Source of the DNA: Lingula anatina | Lineage: Eukaryota > Animalia > Brachiopoda | NCBI GenBank assembly: GCA_051362555.1 | Contig: CM120640.1 | Location: forward strand, 69,480,788-69,544,787 | Direction of reading: 5' to 3' | Length of the DNA: 64,000 bases | Shown: one piece after another, positions 1 through 13,824 of the stretch | How positions within the stretch are numbered: the first letter of the stretch is position 1 | Layout of the letters: each line of letters begins with the position of its first letter | Program-made: the position numbers and the translations under genes | The notes under the pieces: model-generated | Seen by the model: the letters and a program-made list of their open reading frames with translations, nothing else | The model's database searches: none | What the model was told of the DNA's origin: nothing

Positions 1-913
1 CATATCAAAGTGATGCAATGCAGCATTCTCTTTTGTTCCCTTAAGGACAGTCTTTCATAGTTTATACATATTAATTATTATCAGTATCCAGTTTCTAAGA
101 GACTGCTTTAAAAGTCATTCTAAGTTAAGCTTTCTTATGATAAAAAAAAAAAGAAACAACCAGCTCATGTTCCAGCAGCCAAATGAAACAACTGTAAAAT
201 TCTTATACAGCATTATTCTAAATGAGATGTACCTTAATTAACATGTTCAGGGTCAGATCCACTGATCTAGATATATTTCATTCTTTATGAAGAATATAAT
301 TCCAGCAATGTTATGGATGTGCTACACCCCCTAGCAGTGGGGAAGTCTCTTGTTTACTTCCAATACAAAGATGGTGATTGTATACATATCAATAAATTTT
401 GATGGCTTCCTTCGTTTAAAAGGAATAGGGTAAAAATCAATCAGTGACAATCTAAATCCTAATAGGGAGTATTGGCTTGTCACCAATTTCTGTTTGCCAT
501 AATAACAGAGCCTACTGATACCATTACTAGTGTATAACAGTCCTGTTGCTCCTAAACCTATGTGTAGCTGGCTTTTCAAAATTAGCAGTCTAAAGTAGGC
601 TTTAAAACTGACATCCTTCAGTGAAAGGGGGTCCTCCAGCTAGAGTTCATATACTTATAGATGCATCTCTTGGCTCAAACTCTTGGTTCAATAATTTTTC
701 TAAAAATCTCATAGTATTCATACAATATAGCCACTGCTGAAGTGAACCATATTTGAAATAGACCATCATAAGTGATGCTTATTGATAGCACAGATGATAA
801 ATCTGGATGATGTTTTTTAATGATGTTAATTACAAAAAATCTCCTCCCCCCAAAAATGAGTCCGCTAGCTTTAACGGGTGTAAGCCTCATGTTTCCAAAT
901 TGCATTTCCAACA

Positions 914-3900
914 TCATTCCAAAATATGAAATATGAGTTCTAAGACAACAGGTCCTTCCCTACTCTGGGAAGCTGCATTATGAATGACAGGAATCAGTTC
1001 ATTGTCCAAGTCATTCATGTAAAATGCAGGCAGCTTCTCACCATTGCTTCCAACTTCATAACCCACCTGCAAAGAAAATAATGTGATACAATGTAAAGGA
1101 CAAATGCTAGGTTTTTAACTTATCTAAGTTCTCAATCTTCATGACTCTTCAACACAGCATACATATGGATCAACTGTAGTTGATATACACATAGGACTGC
1201 TTAGCCAAACCAAGTGGCCCAGATTGATAAGAAAATAATCATAATGCGAAGGCATTTGCAATCTATGTTTTAAGAAAGATTAATACTACATTTTCACATC
1301 ACTAAAACAGCAGTATCTTTTGTAATTTGTTCTTACCGTCTCTGAATCAATATTGGCCCTAAATCCAAGCTTGACAAGCTGTGCGTCCTTTAGTTTATCC
1401 AGGTGTGGCGTTAGTGCAATACAACAAGCCTGTGCCAGGGTCTCCGCCAGACGACTCAGGTCCACTGGCTCGCAGCGCGCATCCACAGCCTCTTCGTTAC
1501 GAATGAAAAAGACCTCCGTCCAGCGAATGGTTCTGTGTTCTCCAATGAAGTCTGTGGCATTGTGGATGTGGATGCTTTCTATGCCATCCATGGGCATGTT
1601 ATCAATGGGACTCTTGACCCTGGAATGAAGAGATGGGATGATGTCAGCAAACTGGGGCATAATCAACACTCAAATCGATTTTGATTATCTGCACATATTT
1701 ATTTATTTATTTAACTAATTAATTTATTCATTCAACTTAATAATTTGAGGGTAAAATCAAGATGAACATGAAATTTATCTTCCCCATGGCCCTCAATGTT
1801 ATTGAAAAAAAAATCTTAAATTCCCCTTTAGACAGACAATATCAAGTCAATTGGTCATTTTCACCATGCCTGTTCTTTCCAAGTCACAAAATCCAAATGA
1901 CCTTGTTTTTGACCCAACATCAAATTTTGTAATCCTCAACCCAAAGCCCTACTACTCACCCTATATTAACATGCCTATCATCCTCCACCCACTGTGTGAT
2001 GACTTGTTCCTCTGGCTGGCTAGAGGTGATACTTCCACACCCTATAGTATAATCCTTCATCTCACGCATGGCACTCTTCAGGGCTAGCATGGACTCGGGA
2101 GTAATCTGGACCATCAGGCCATCCTCCACTATACTGGACTTGGCCGTGAGACCTGAACTTGTCTTTAGTGCACCGTTGAAGACAACAAAACTGGCCCCAG
2201 TCACTGTAATGAAGTAGGTATTCAATGAAGTTAAAGTAACTTCAGTTTTTGCAGAATATCAGTCTGCCATAAATAAAACTACTGGTATAACTATAATTAT
2301 ATGTTACAAAAATTTTGTTACTTCTGTGAGTATTTTCCTGTAACTTGTTATTTACACGATTGAAAATTTACCTCAAAGAAAACCTAAATAAACAAGTGCA
2401 AAGGCACACAACTCTATATAAGGGTTCAGTGGGCATAAATACAGCACCCAAATATCTGAATTTCTGGAAAAACATGGAAAACTCACATCTCTATATGAAC
2501 ACTCACCTTTTCTTGGTTTGTTAAGAATATTAATGGCCTGAGTTTGGTAGTTCCCCTCATCATTCTGTATACACACCAGGTGAGAGTCCGCCTCCAGGCT
2601 GAAGTAAGCTGCCAAAGCCATCACGTGGTCATTACTGTTGTTCACAACCTTCAGAACCTAAGCAAATAAAGTTGAAAGTTATCAAAACATGTACCACTCA
2701 GGGCACAAGGCTGCAACAGTTTAATTAATGGGCATGAATTCAGTGAAACTTAACGTCTACTCTAAGAAAAATAAAGTTCCTTCATCTATATTCACTGCAA
2801 AAATTTGTGCTTCAAACTTCATAAAGCACTGAATTATCAGCTATGTGAATTGTAATTGTGCATGCCTTCTTTGATAAGCCCAGCATTTGGAACACTGTAT
2901 ACTGAGTATAGAAATAAAGTGATCTTTCTCTATGTTATTCTATAAAGTAAAGCCCCCCAAAATATCATACCTATTAAGACATGATATCAATTAGTAATCA
3001 ACATTATCAAGAACTTACATCATCATATCTGTTTCGTGGAAAATTGATGAAGGTCTTCTTATCCTCCATGTGTATGGTAACTCCTTTGATTTGTGGCAAC
3101 ATGTACTGGTAGTTTCTGAAGTCTACCAGCAGATTCATGATGGTATGACCTATTTCTCCAAACACAGGTTTACGGAATCTCACACTGATCAATGGACATG
3201 GATAGTCTGAAAGACAAGAATCAGATGATGTCCAATTACAGAAGCACACAAAGGAAAAAGTCTATAATAACTACAGGAACCCCTGAGTGTCAAATAGAAC
3301 CAAGAAGGCAAGTTGCATCTTTTTTCATATGGCTCATTCATTTAATCAAACCACTATTTCAGGTGTTTTTCAAATAATGACAAATTAAATCAACTTGAAA
3401 AATATTCAATACTTCAAATTTTAGATGTGGCTTGATGCTGAATATGAGAATGTTCACGAGCTCTTATGACAAGCCAATCACTCACATCTAAACTCCGCCC
3501 CCAGCCTCAGCATCAGCCTGATGGGGAACACCTTGGCCCAAGGCGTCTCCCACTTCTGGAGCAGAATACCAAACAGATACGGTGCAGCTGGCAATGCCAA
3601 CTTCTGCAGGCACTGAAAGCTTGGACGAATGTACAGGAAACCACCATGGTCCTTACTGTCCAAGAAGGTTTGATTGAAAAGGGTGTGGCCCAGGTCTGAC
3701 ACTGTATTGCCTAAATGGAAGATGAACAAACTTTCATTAATACATTTGAAGCCAAAACATAACAAGAAAATGAGGGAACAGGGAATCAAGCATATAAGTA
3801 TTATAAGAAAAAGAAAAAAAAAACTTCAGTAATCTGTGATGCAGGATTTCTCTTCCTGAAAATTATCCATAGCAATTATCCATAGAAACTTACATCTGTT

Positions 3901-6900
3901 CAATAATAGAATAAAAGTACTGCACCCACCTTTTCCGGCCTCCTCATACATATTTTGAAAATGGCAGAAGATATCTCTTGGCACCTCTTTCTCGTCTGGC
4001 AGACATTCTAGGATGATGACCACTTCATCCTGGCCCACGGTGCACATGCCTTTAGTGGAGAACGTCCAGCACACACGGTTCACACAACAGTCCACTGAAA
4101 AAGTGACAGTTTAAATAAGTACAGAGTATATTGACTATAAATGACTATTAGTGGAGAACGTCCAGCACACACGGTTCACACAACAGTCCACTGAAAAAGT
4201 GACAGTTTAAATAAGTACAGAGTATATTGACTATAAATGACTATTAGTGGAGAACGTCCAGCACACACGGTTCACACAACAGTCCACTGAAAAAGTGACA
4301 GTTTAAATAAGTACAGAGTATATTGACTATAAATGACTATTAGTGGAGAATGTCCAGCACACACGGTCCACACAACAGTCCACTGAAAAAGTGACAGTTT
4401 AAATAAGTACAGAGTATATTGACTATAAATGACTATTAGTGGAGAACGTCCAGCACACACGGTTCACACAACAGTCCACTGAAAAAGTGACAGTTTAAAT
4501 AAGTACAGAGTATATTGACTATAAATGACTATTAGTGGAGAACGTCCAGCACACACGGTTCACACAACAGTCCACTGAAAAAGTGACAGCTTAAATAAGT
4601 ACAGAGTATATTGACTATAAATGACTATCAAATGGAGGGTGTCTGGGTGCTCTCATAGAAGTTTGTCACAAAGTTTGTACTTGAAATCATTTAGGATTCA
4701 TCCCATTTCTTTAATTTTGCCACAAATTCCATACTTTCTGAAATCATTTATCATTCATCCATTTTTTGTTTTAAAAGTAAAATTTGATTTGGAACTTTGT
4801 TATAAAATTGACTTACAATTAACAATCTTGGCCATGACAAACAGGTTCTTGTTCACAGCAAATACCAAAGGATCTGCCTCCTCATCTGGAAAGAAATCAA
4901 CCCAGGATTAAATATATTATAGCAATGAACTAAAATTTAACAAAACTATATATTTGTAATTTTTCTTCTCTCAATGAAGAGGATCTTTACTTTTTTCCAT
5001 GAATCCAACTTCAGTCTGGTGCTTACCTTTCATTCTTGGTATCAGTTGCTCTGAACTGGGATTCTCTTCAATAGAAAAGTCTGAAATTCAAACAAGATTG
5101 ATTAACTACATCTAAAATTGATAAAAAGTCTTCTTTATTTTAATCTGCCTTTTAACTGAAATTATTTAAACCTGCCTTTTTAACTCAAACTAAAGAAACC
5201 ACACATAATCTAATATGATCTGCCTTAATTCATTATTCCAGACTGCACAGATCACCTACCCCCTTTGACCCCTGTCTCCAGAATGACCGGCGGTAGACCA
5301 CCCTCTGGTATCAGAGAGGGGTTCCTGTCCTGGTCGTTGTTCATGAAAGGTCGTGTGATGACAGCTGTCGAGGAACTAGGACCATCTGTGGCAATGGCTG
5401 AAATGGAATGCGAAACAATGATTTTTGTTTTCAAATGCCAGCTCTCTTTGCTGAATATTCATGTTTCACTAGTACCATGTTTTAGATAGAACACAAGTTG
5501 ACGACTTTACTAAAATTAGGGTAATGTAACATTCTAACACAAATAGCGTAAATTTGTGTTGAAAAAAAAAAACAAAAAACATTGAAGTATTTTGGTCTCT
5601 TGAATTACAGAAATAAACAAACAAACAAACCATCACTATCTGCTGGCACTGGTGCTGATGCCTGAGCCACTTTCTTTTGTGACCTCCCCGTGCGGCGTGC
5701 TGGCAACCTTTCATCAGATCCATCCAGCTCTGTCAAGTCTCCGCCAGGCCTGATCCCATCTGAAAACATGACAGACTTGGGCTCTCCCTGTCGTCTGCTC
5801 CCTGCAATTACCAAGACATGGAATATACATTGAATACAAACAATGAAAGCATCTTGATTAATAAAATTTCTATTAGGAAGACATTTTAACACTGAAATAC
5901 ATTTTTAAAAATCTCTCAAACCAAAAGATCACCTGGTTATATTAATCTAAAAATAGGCATTGGTATTTAATTTACTTTTTCACTTCACTAAACTTATTCT
6001 CTATTTATCCATTAAAATTCAATTATGGCACCCATTAAATATTAAGTAATACCATTTAAAGTTAGTCGAGGATACAACATCAAATCATTCATGTTATAAA
6101 ATATTTGAGAATACCAAATAAGGAAAGTGATAAAAAATGCAACAATGATTTGTTCAAAGAAAAATCAACAAAGATTGATGAATTGCTTGCAAACATTGAT
6201 TTCCTTTAAATCAAAGACATTAGTCCTTAAATGACTCATTCACCGTGATTATTAATTAATGACAAACAAACAAAAGAGATAAAGTAATTATAGGAGCCCA
6301 TGCAAAGAGCATGGCCAACCCCAAAGGTAGTGTGATGACATTATAGGGTTTATCAGGTATTCATCAGGAGATAATAATTAAATCTGTGCAAATATTTACA
6401 GAACAAATGATGTACTTATAAACACCGTAATTAAGTAGGCAACAGAATGTCCCAAATGCCCCCCAAAAAGAAAAAAAACAACAACAAAAAACAAAGCAAG
6501 CCAATGGAAGAAGTAAAACTGACAAAACTCAATGCAGCACCTCCAACTTCACTGCAAATCAAAAGACTATCAACCCAACTATGGTGTGTATGGAAAACTA
6601 AAAAAAAACTAGACAAAACTCTCTAATTTATACCAGGCTAAGTTTTCATGATTGAGACATACACAGAGTATGCCTACCTTCCCGTTTTAATACCCCTGTA
6701 GGAACCATGACAGTGGGTGGTGGTGCGTTTGCATTGGCTTGTTGCAAGGGCGGAATGGTGGAGCAATACTCACTGGGGTTGTTAGGGTTTGGACTTGGAC
6801 GAGACCCGTGGAGGTGTTCATAGGCTTGAGCTGAAGAGGAATAGTCGTCATATCCCATAAACCTCACTGTTAGTACATCTACTTACTGTGGTGTAGCGAC

Positions 6901-9900
6901 TGGTTAATTTTTTTACATAATCTTATTGGGCTTAACAAAACCATATTGTCTTACAAAAGTGTATTCCAAGTGCAAATTTACTGTACAACTTAAAGCCTAG
7001 CCTCTTTGAAAACATAACCACAAAATTTCTGAAACATTCTGAGATGTTATTAATGAAAACAACATTATCCCAAGAAAATCACCACTGAGCACTTTGTGCT
7101 AATAATACACTGAACTGTAACTACCTACTGCCAAACCATTCTCAAAAGAGAAAATACAACATATGACCCATTTCAATTAGTTTCTACTGAGAATACAACA
7201 TATGACCCATTTCAATTAGTTTCTACTGAGAAATTACAAAGAATACATACAATCACTTTAAATATATGAACTTTTGAGTAGTGTGTCTCTTACGAACACC
7301 TCAACTATTTTAAAAACCTATAATTTTTACTAAAAAAAAAAACAAATCACATTTAGAAAGCTTTGTCATTAATTATTTAATGCATATCACCAAAATAATC
7401 AACATGACTTCCCTGTAGCAAAACGGGCAAAAGCTTGAGTTTTAAACTAACCTCTATTTATAATGTCATAGCAACTTCTGCACACTCTGCCATCTTTGTT
7501 CTCCAAGTAATGTAGTTTGATTTTCAAATTACAACACGGAGCACAAAATACCTGGAACACAGAAAAATCAGCATTCCAATGAAATGGTGACAAAAACTCT
7601 TGCCTCTCCTTCAGAATTGTTTCTACCAGCAAAATAATGAAAATATTTTTTTCTACAATTTGGTTATTACTCAAAAAAAATATTAACCCTTCCTTTTTCC
7701 ATTCATAGTGACAACATTATCCCAACAACAGAAATTTTTTAATGATTTGTTATTACTATTAAAAAATTCATTTTTTTTTCAATTCATAATGTTGACCGAC
7801 AAATTCAAGCAAATCACAAATGAAAATATTCTTTTCTACAATTGTGTGTTATCAGAATAAAAAAACATTTTCCATTCATACTGACATCAAACAAATCAAA
7901 CAAACAAAATTAATATTTTTACAATTTGGTATAATTATTATAAAAACTATGTTTTCCTTCAAAATGACATCAGACCAATGGTCGCTATGACCGGGTTCCC
8001 ATGCTAAGATCGATCGGTCTAACTCCCTGGGGAGTCTCACTAAATTGCTTGCCGGCTTAAATGAGAGCCACACCTACTAAATCAGCTAGGGGGTAAAGAT
8101 AATTACCCCTAACAGCTTTCCTAGGCGTGACAGACATTTAAGCTGGTAAAATTGATAGCAATTTAGTGAGACTCCCCATGGAGATGGATCGATCCAAATA
8201 TCTGTGGGAATGGTGTCTACCTTGCCACAGGCCCTGCAGTGGTGTCTTCTCCGTGTGAAGGTGAACCTACTGTTACAGTTCATACAGGTGGCCGCCTCAC
8301 TGTCGGGGATCCACAGGGGACCCACCTTCCCAAGCTGGGTGGTCACAGGAGGAACCACTGGGAAACTGCCATCATCTGACGGCTCAATAATCTCATCCAC
8401 AATGTCTGGAATTGATATTAATTAAATGGAGCATTGCTTTCACCAGAAAGTAGAACTCGAGTTTCATAACACACAGCCAAATTTATGAGATATATTCTCT
8501 ACCACCTACCAAAAATCTACTGGAAAGTTATAAGCTAAATATTCAACTAACAACAAAAATTTCTTGAAAGAACAGAACAAACAAGTTTATTCCTGATTGA
8601 TATTGTTCTATATGCTTAATAACTCAAAAATTTTGGCAGACGTAACTGGTAAAATGGACATTTTTAGCATGTCTGCTCAGCCCACCTGGTCGTATTCCAG
8701 CCTCTTCTGCCAACTGCGCCATGTCCATAGAGTGAGGCCGGACCGTGTCATCTTCTGCCCTCACACGCACATCTCTGGGAGGTAAATTCAAGCTGGTTGG
8801 ACGTTTTTGCCTTGGAGGTGCCGCTGATGCCCCATCTTCATCATACACAGGTTGGACATCTACTGCCGCTGTATCACCTGGTATCTGACTGGGAGAAGCA
8901 TGGCCAGGACCCATGGGGTTGACCCCAACACTCTCTCCCCCATCTCCCTGCACTGGTGCTGATGTTGGTGAAGAAGACCTTGCTTCTGGCACCACTTGGG
9001 TCTGCGTCTGAGACCAATCTGGGTTAGGCCTCCCTGGGAACACTAAGGGAACACCCACGGTGTCTGTATCACAGAGTGTATTATTGTCTATCAAATCACC
9101 CACGGAGCATTCCGTATTATTACCATCATGGAGACCCCTTTCAGGATGAACGTCCATGCCTGATTCATTACTGTTCTGTACACTTTTAATATTGAGGTTC
9201 ATTTGTTTTTTCTTGAGCTGCTGTCTATTTTGCTCTGCTATTTGCCCATTAACGATGTCATGTGGATTCTCCATAGCATCAACGTGGCGGGGCCTTCCGC
9301 CAATTTGTGGTTCTTGCCCAGGAGACCTTGCTGTTGCTGCACTGGGGCTAAAGGTTGGAGGAGGAAGAGACACAGTGGACAAACCTAACAGACTATTAGG
9401 TCTCTTCATCTGTCCAGTTTCTTTCTGTCGTACTTGTGGCTCCTGCGGTGACCATGGCGACTGGGGAGGTGAGGCTGGAGAATATCCTGACCTGGTCTGT
9501 TGTCCATCACTGGTCACCTTGGATGGACTGTGGGCACTGTGAGATGGACTGGAGCTGGCAGTGAATGCTTGCACAGTCTGGATACTGGCAAACTTGCTAG
9601 GTGAGGGTAATGCTGATGTTGATGCTGCTTCTGTTGATGATGATGATAATGGCAAATCTTTAACTGGGGATAAAGCTGCTGTTGTGCTGTTTTCCATGGT
9701 AACCTGGTCATCCTGGCCTGAATTCTCTCCTTTTGGTGCAGGTGTTGACTCTTTCAAACCAGACTCTTGACTTTTGATAGCATTTACTGTTTGGACACGC
9801 GCTGGCGCTTGATGGGCAGCATTCAATCTTTCAGGCTGCACATAAGTTTCAGTAACTGCCTTGCTCTCGTCTTCCTCTTCCTCGACTATTGCATCATGTG

Positions 9901-12144
9901 TATCTACATAACCAGGAATCTTCCCAAACCCAGGATCGTCCATGGGCGTGGGCATATGTCCACCTGGATACGACGTGCTACCTTTCACTGAGGCAACCTC
10001 AGATTCTATTGCCAGTGTACCCGAGTCCCGAGACAAGCTCACCCCAGAGTCCCTCTCAATTGGTTTCCAAGTTTCTCTCTTGTCTACCTGTTTTAGTTCA
10101 GTGTGAATGTCTGTCGCTTTTGGAAATGAATTTTGCTGCAGCTGTTTGTTTTCATCTGTCATATTAAAATCCTCTAAAAGAGCATCCAAGTCACCTTCAG
10201 TGACCTCAATATCATCTAAATCTCCAAAACCAACCTTGGTTCGAGCTTCTACAGTCTGTGGTCTCAAACTAGTAGCATGCTGAGCTTGACTACCTGAACT
10301 GGAATTGTCTGTACACGAGTTTACAGCCACATTGCTTTCAGTCCAAATTCCCTGACCACTTTCTGGACCACAAGAGGAGATTTCTTCACTCCTTTCAATT
10401 GCTGTGTTTTCATTATCTCCCAAGAGCGCCTGTGTCACAATGCTGGCTAGGTTATTTACAGAGAGCCCTTCACTGGCCTGTTCTTGATGGTGATGATGAT
10501 GATGATGATATGTTGTGTCTATTGCTTCTCCTCCTTTTGTTTGCTTAATAGATTCTAAATCCATTTCCGACATACCAAAACCTCTGGGTATGGCAGCAGA
10601 AGTGCTCTGGGGTGATCCGAAACCCGATTCCACACTACTCTCTGTAGAAGAGGAATCTTGTTGCTCAAAGTTTTTACTCATTTTTTCAACTTCAATTTTA
10701 TCTTTGGTATCAAGATCTAAACTTCCATACCCCTGTCCTTCATTTCTGTTTAAACCTGTGGCATTTCTAACCTCATTTGATAACACATTTTGATTTTGTA
10801 CTCCTGATCCTGGTAGACTGTTTATACTGTTAAAGCCCCCCATCACCGGGAAGCCAGGTGCTCCATTCAAATTTGTATAATGATAACCATGTTCAGGTCC
10901 ATGGTTAATGTTTTTATTTTGACTAGAAAGATTTGCATTCTGTGCCTTGTTAGGCCTGGCAGTGTTAAGAGCCTTTGGTGTCTGTGATATTGCAACTGTG
11001 TACTTTTCATTGACAGCCACTGGCCCTGTTGTCAGCTTTCCTGTGCTGACAGAATTAATGTCATTAATAATCCTGGCTTCTGGAGGAAGCTGACCCGGTG
11101 TGAACTGTTGGGACAAGGTCATCACAGGAACAGCTGCATCAGACTTATCTAAAGACCTCCCATTGTTTCCAGTCAAATAGGGAGAAGTCCTGGTTTCAGA
11201 AATTGGTGGTGTAGAAATATTATTATTGTACAGATTGCTACTTAAACTTGGACCACGTGACTGGGTTTGACTACTGAACTGGTGTATTTCAGACACCCCA
11301 TTCTGACTGGGGGTAGACAAGTCGGGAGCAGCAGGCTCCAATGTTATAGGAGGTCTGAGCGGAGACGGACCAAAGTCTGCGTCATCTAAGTCAAGAGTGT
11401 CTGGTGGTGTCTGAAAGGGAGAGTCATATCTCAACCTCGTGTCTGGACCATCATTGGACCTGAGCTTGGCAACTGGTGTATGGAACTGTTCGGGGGGTTC
11501 TAATGGAGGAATGAGGCTGTATGGGGTCTCCCCACTGGCCTTCAGGAAGTCCTCCAAACCGCTGGCTTTGATCTCCTTTCCTGGGGCTACTTCTGAAGCA
11601 TCGTCTGAAATGTATACTTTAGTTTAACTCACATTTACACATAAAATGTTACTGCTTATAAACTGTACTGTAAACAAACATTTGTCTAAATACTGCAAAG
11701 ATAAATGATAGATATCATTGCTCTTTTGAATAAAAAACACCATCTTTAGTTAAACATTTACACAAGATACTGTTTTCCTTATGTTGTCATGTAAAAATGT
11801 TGACGTGATAAGCATGAAACATGACTTATGTACATAGAGCTCATTTGTTTTTATATTCATGAATCTAAAGAGAAAGCAATTTTTTATGCTATCGCTAAGA
11901 CTTAGACTTTAACCATAGCACAATAGCAAGGACAGACATGTTCTATATATTATCCAATGTTAATGCTGCCTGTCACATGAGCTCTGATGACATGTCTGTG
12001 CATACGACAGTACCCATCTCTGTCTGACCTGGACGCAGCAACAGAATGCTTTTACAACAGAAAATAATTCAATGTAAGATCAATACCTTCATTCAGTTCA
12101 AATTCATCCAAAACTTTATCCAAATCTATGGCAAACTTCTCCAT
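914..12144 (-). CDS. ZFYVE9: Zinc finger FYVE domain-containing protein 9/16 (SARA/endofin), ~1763 aa, 16 coding exons
   Basis: Exons 12144-12087, 11604-8686, 8405-8221, 7551-7452, 6866-6678, 5801-5631, 5397-5260, 5080-5027, 4885-4817, 4094-3930, 3710-3486, 3206-3019, 2657-2507, 2203-1960, 1619-1337, 1066-914. All GT-AG, phases consistent (5292 nt). N-terminus [24 protein letters not shown] motifs [13 protein letters not shown] and RVC. Smad-binding domain [19 protein letters not shown]. RVxF-type PP1 motif KSVMF. C-terminal SARA_C/DUF3480 region ending ...LELIFHILE*. Confidence 0.95.
4053..4628. repeat. Tandem array, 6 x 96 bp, spanning a ZFYVE9 intron/exon boundary
   Basis: Unit TAGTGGAGAACGTCCAGCACACACGGTTCACACAACAGTCCACTGAAAAAGTGACAGTTTAAATAAGTACAGAGTATATTGACTATAAATGACTAT starts at 4053, 4149, 4245, 4341, 4437 and 4533. 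Only three substitutions seen (two in the 4341 copy, one in the 4533 copy). Confidence 0.97.
7153..7230. repeat. Intronic tandem duplication, 2 x 39 bp
   Basis: AATACAACATATGACCCATTTCAATTAGTTTCTACTGAG at 7153 and 7192. Confidence 0.9.
7989..8217. mobile_element. Palindromic MITE-like element, family A, copy 1
   Basis: Long imperfect fold-back. Perfect 22-bp arms TGGGGAGTCTCACTAAATTGCT (8028-8049) and its reverse complement (8157-8178), plus GATCGATC and TTCCCA/TGGGAA outer arms. Related copy at ~16968-17187. Confidence 0.75.
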
Positions 12145-12380
12145 CTTTTACCAGATTCTGAAAAGCAAGGGAAGACTTTGAAAAAGACCTAAAATGATTA
12201 TTAGGTGGAAAAACTTATTCCATTTAAAATACCTACCCCCACCCATCTCTCACACTTAGTTGAGCATGGAAAAGAAGGCTAAATCAATACTGTAACAGAT
12301 CTTAAACCAACTTCAACAACTGGGTCTGTCACTTGCCAGGGCACTCATTTAGGTGCACTGGGCAGCTGTTTACTGCTTCG

Positions 12381-12555
<175 letters not shown>

Positions 12556-12691
12556 GACATGTTTGATTGAAAAAAAAATATTCTAGGAACCTGAAATCAA
12601 ATCAAATATAGTTTTTATCATTTTCACTGCCTTATTTGACTGAAAGGAGGTGACATTAAAAGAAAAAATGTTCAATAGCTTGGTACTTAAA

Positions 12692-12788
12692 TCATAAATG
12701 AAAATTATCAAACACAACCTGAAAAATCTTTCATACCATTAACGGTTTGAAAGATTTTTGGCTTGTGTTTGATAATTTTCATTTATGA
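12692..12788. repeat. Short near-perfect inverted repeat (hairpin or mini-MITE)
   Basis: TCATAAATGAAAATTATCAAACACAA pairs with TTGTGTTTGATAATTTTCATTTATGA (26-bp perfect outer stem). Inner stem AAAAATCTTTCA/TGAAAGATTTTT. Confidence 0.85.
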
Positions 12789-13824
12789 GATGACATTTAG
12801 TTTTAAACAGATTTGTTACATATATGAGTTATTGTTACAAACATTTAGTACATCAAACACATGCCAATACAAGAACATAATTTTAGATTTTTGATAAACT
12901 TCTAACAAATTTATGACCCCCATTCTGTGTTGGCACCAAGCTTTGTACAATTTTAAGTTTTGCTAATGAAAGTTGATATCAATTAACAAACCTCAAACAC
13001 ACATCAGTCTTCTCAACTGTATGTCTAACATTTCATATTTTAATAAACATTCCAATATCTGTAATCATCTTCACCATCTATCAAATTTTCAATATTTATC
13101 ACAAAAGACCCAATCTATATCACAGAAACAAACTACATATAAAGCACTTGCAACAATTCTGCTTAAAATAATGGCTGCCTTTTAATATCTATAAACAAGT
13201 GTTTTCATCAAAATATTGTCATTTAAGTTTATCTAAGAAATAAACTGCATTAAAAATGTCACATATAATTTGATGCAAACTGAAGAAACATAATCACTGA
13301 TATGCATTTAGAATGAAACATGACATTTATTAATACCATAAAACAATTCTTTAAACAATGGTACTTTTAAAACAGGATTCTTAAAGACACATTACCCTTA
13401 ATGTTCCATTTACCAACGACCAGCTATTAGTTTCTAAGGTAAGGCAAATAATATAAGTTGCACATATTCTAAATCAATGACAGCAGATTTGTCTATTTTT
13501 AGCCTTGATGACTCATCCCGACATGACGCACCTTCCTCACAAATGACAGTAGAACCCCGATAAAAATGAAATAATTAGAGCGAAAAACCATGGTATCGTC
13601 TGCAGAAGTCAGCCTGTGTCTGCTCAACGTGCCCCTAACCCCGGGGTCTCTCCTGTACAGGTGAAGGAACTAGACAGACTGGGCCCTGGAGATTATTTAT
13701 CATTGCTGTGCTTTGCATAGACATTTGCACAGGTACATAAGTAATATATTATCCATGCATTGACACAGATGGCACAGAAACATTTATCCATCAACTAGTT
13801 CTATGTCTGGTCCTTCGTTCTTAC

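Noticed and set aside
4053-4628. CRISPR-like regular repeat array
   Set aside because: Units are contiguous and identical with no unique spacers. The context is a eukaryotic intron/exon junction and there are no cas genes.
9156-11627. Several plus-strand ORFs of 60-130 aa
   Set aside because: They are antisense shadows of the large ZFYVE9 exon, with no motifs or splice context.
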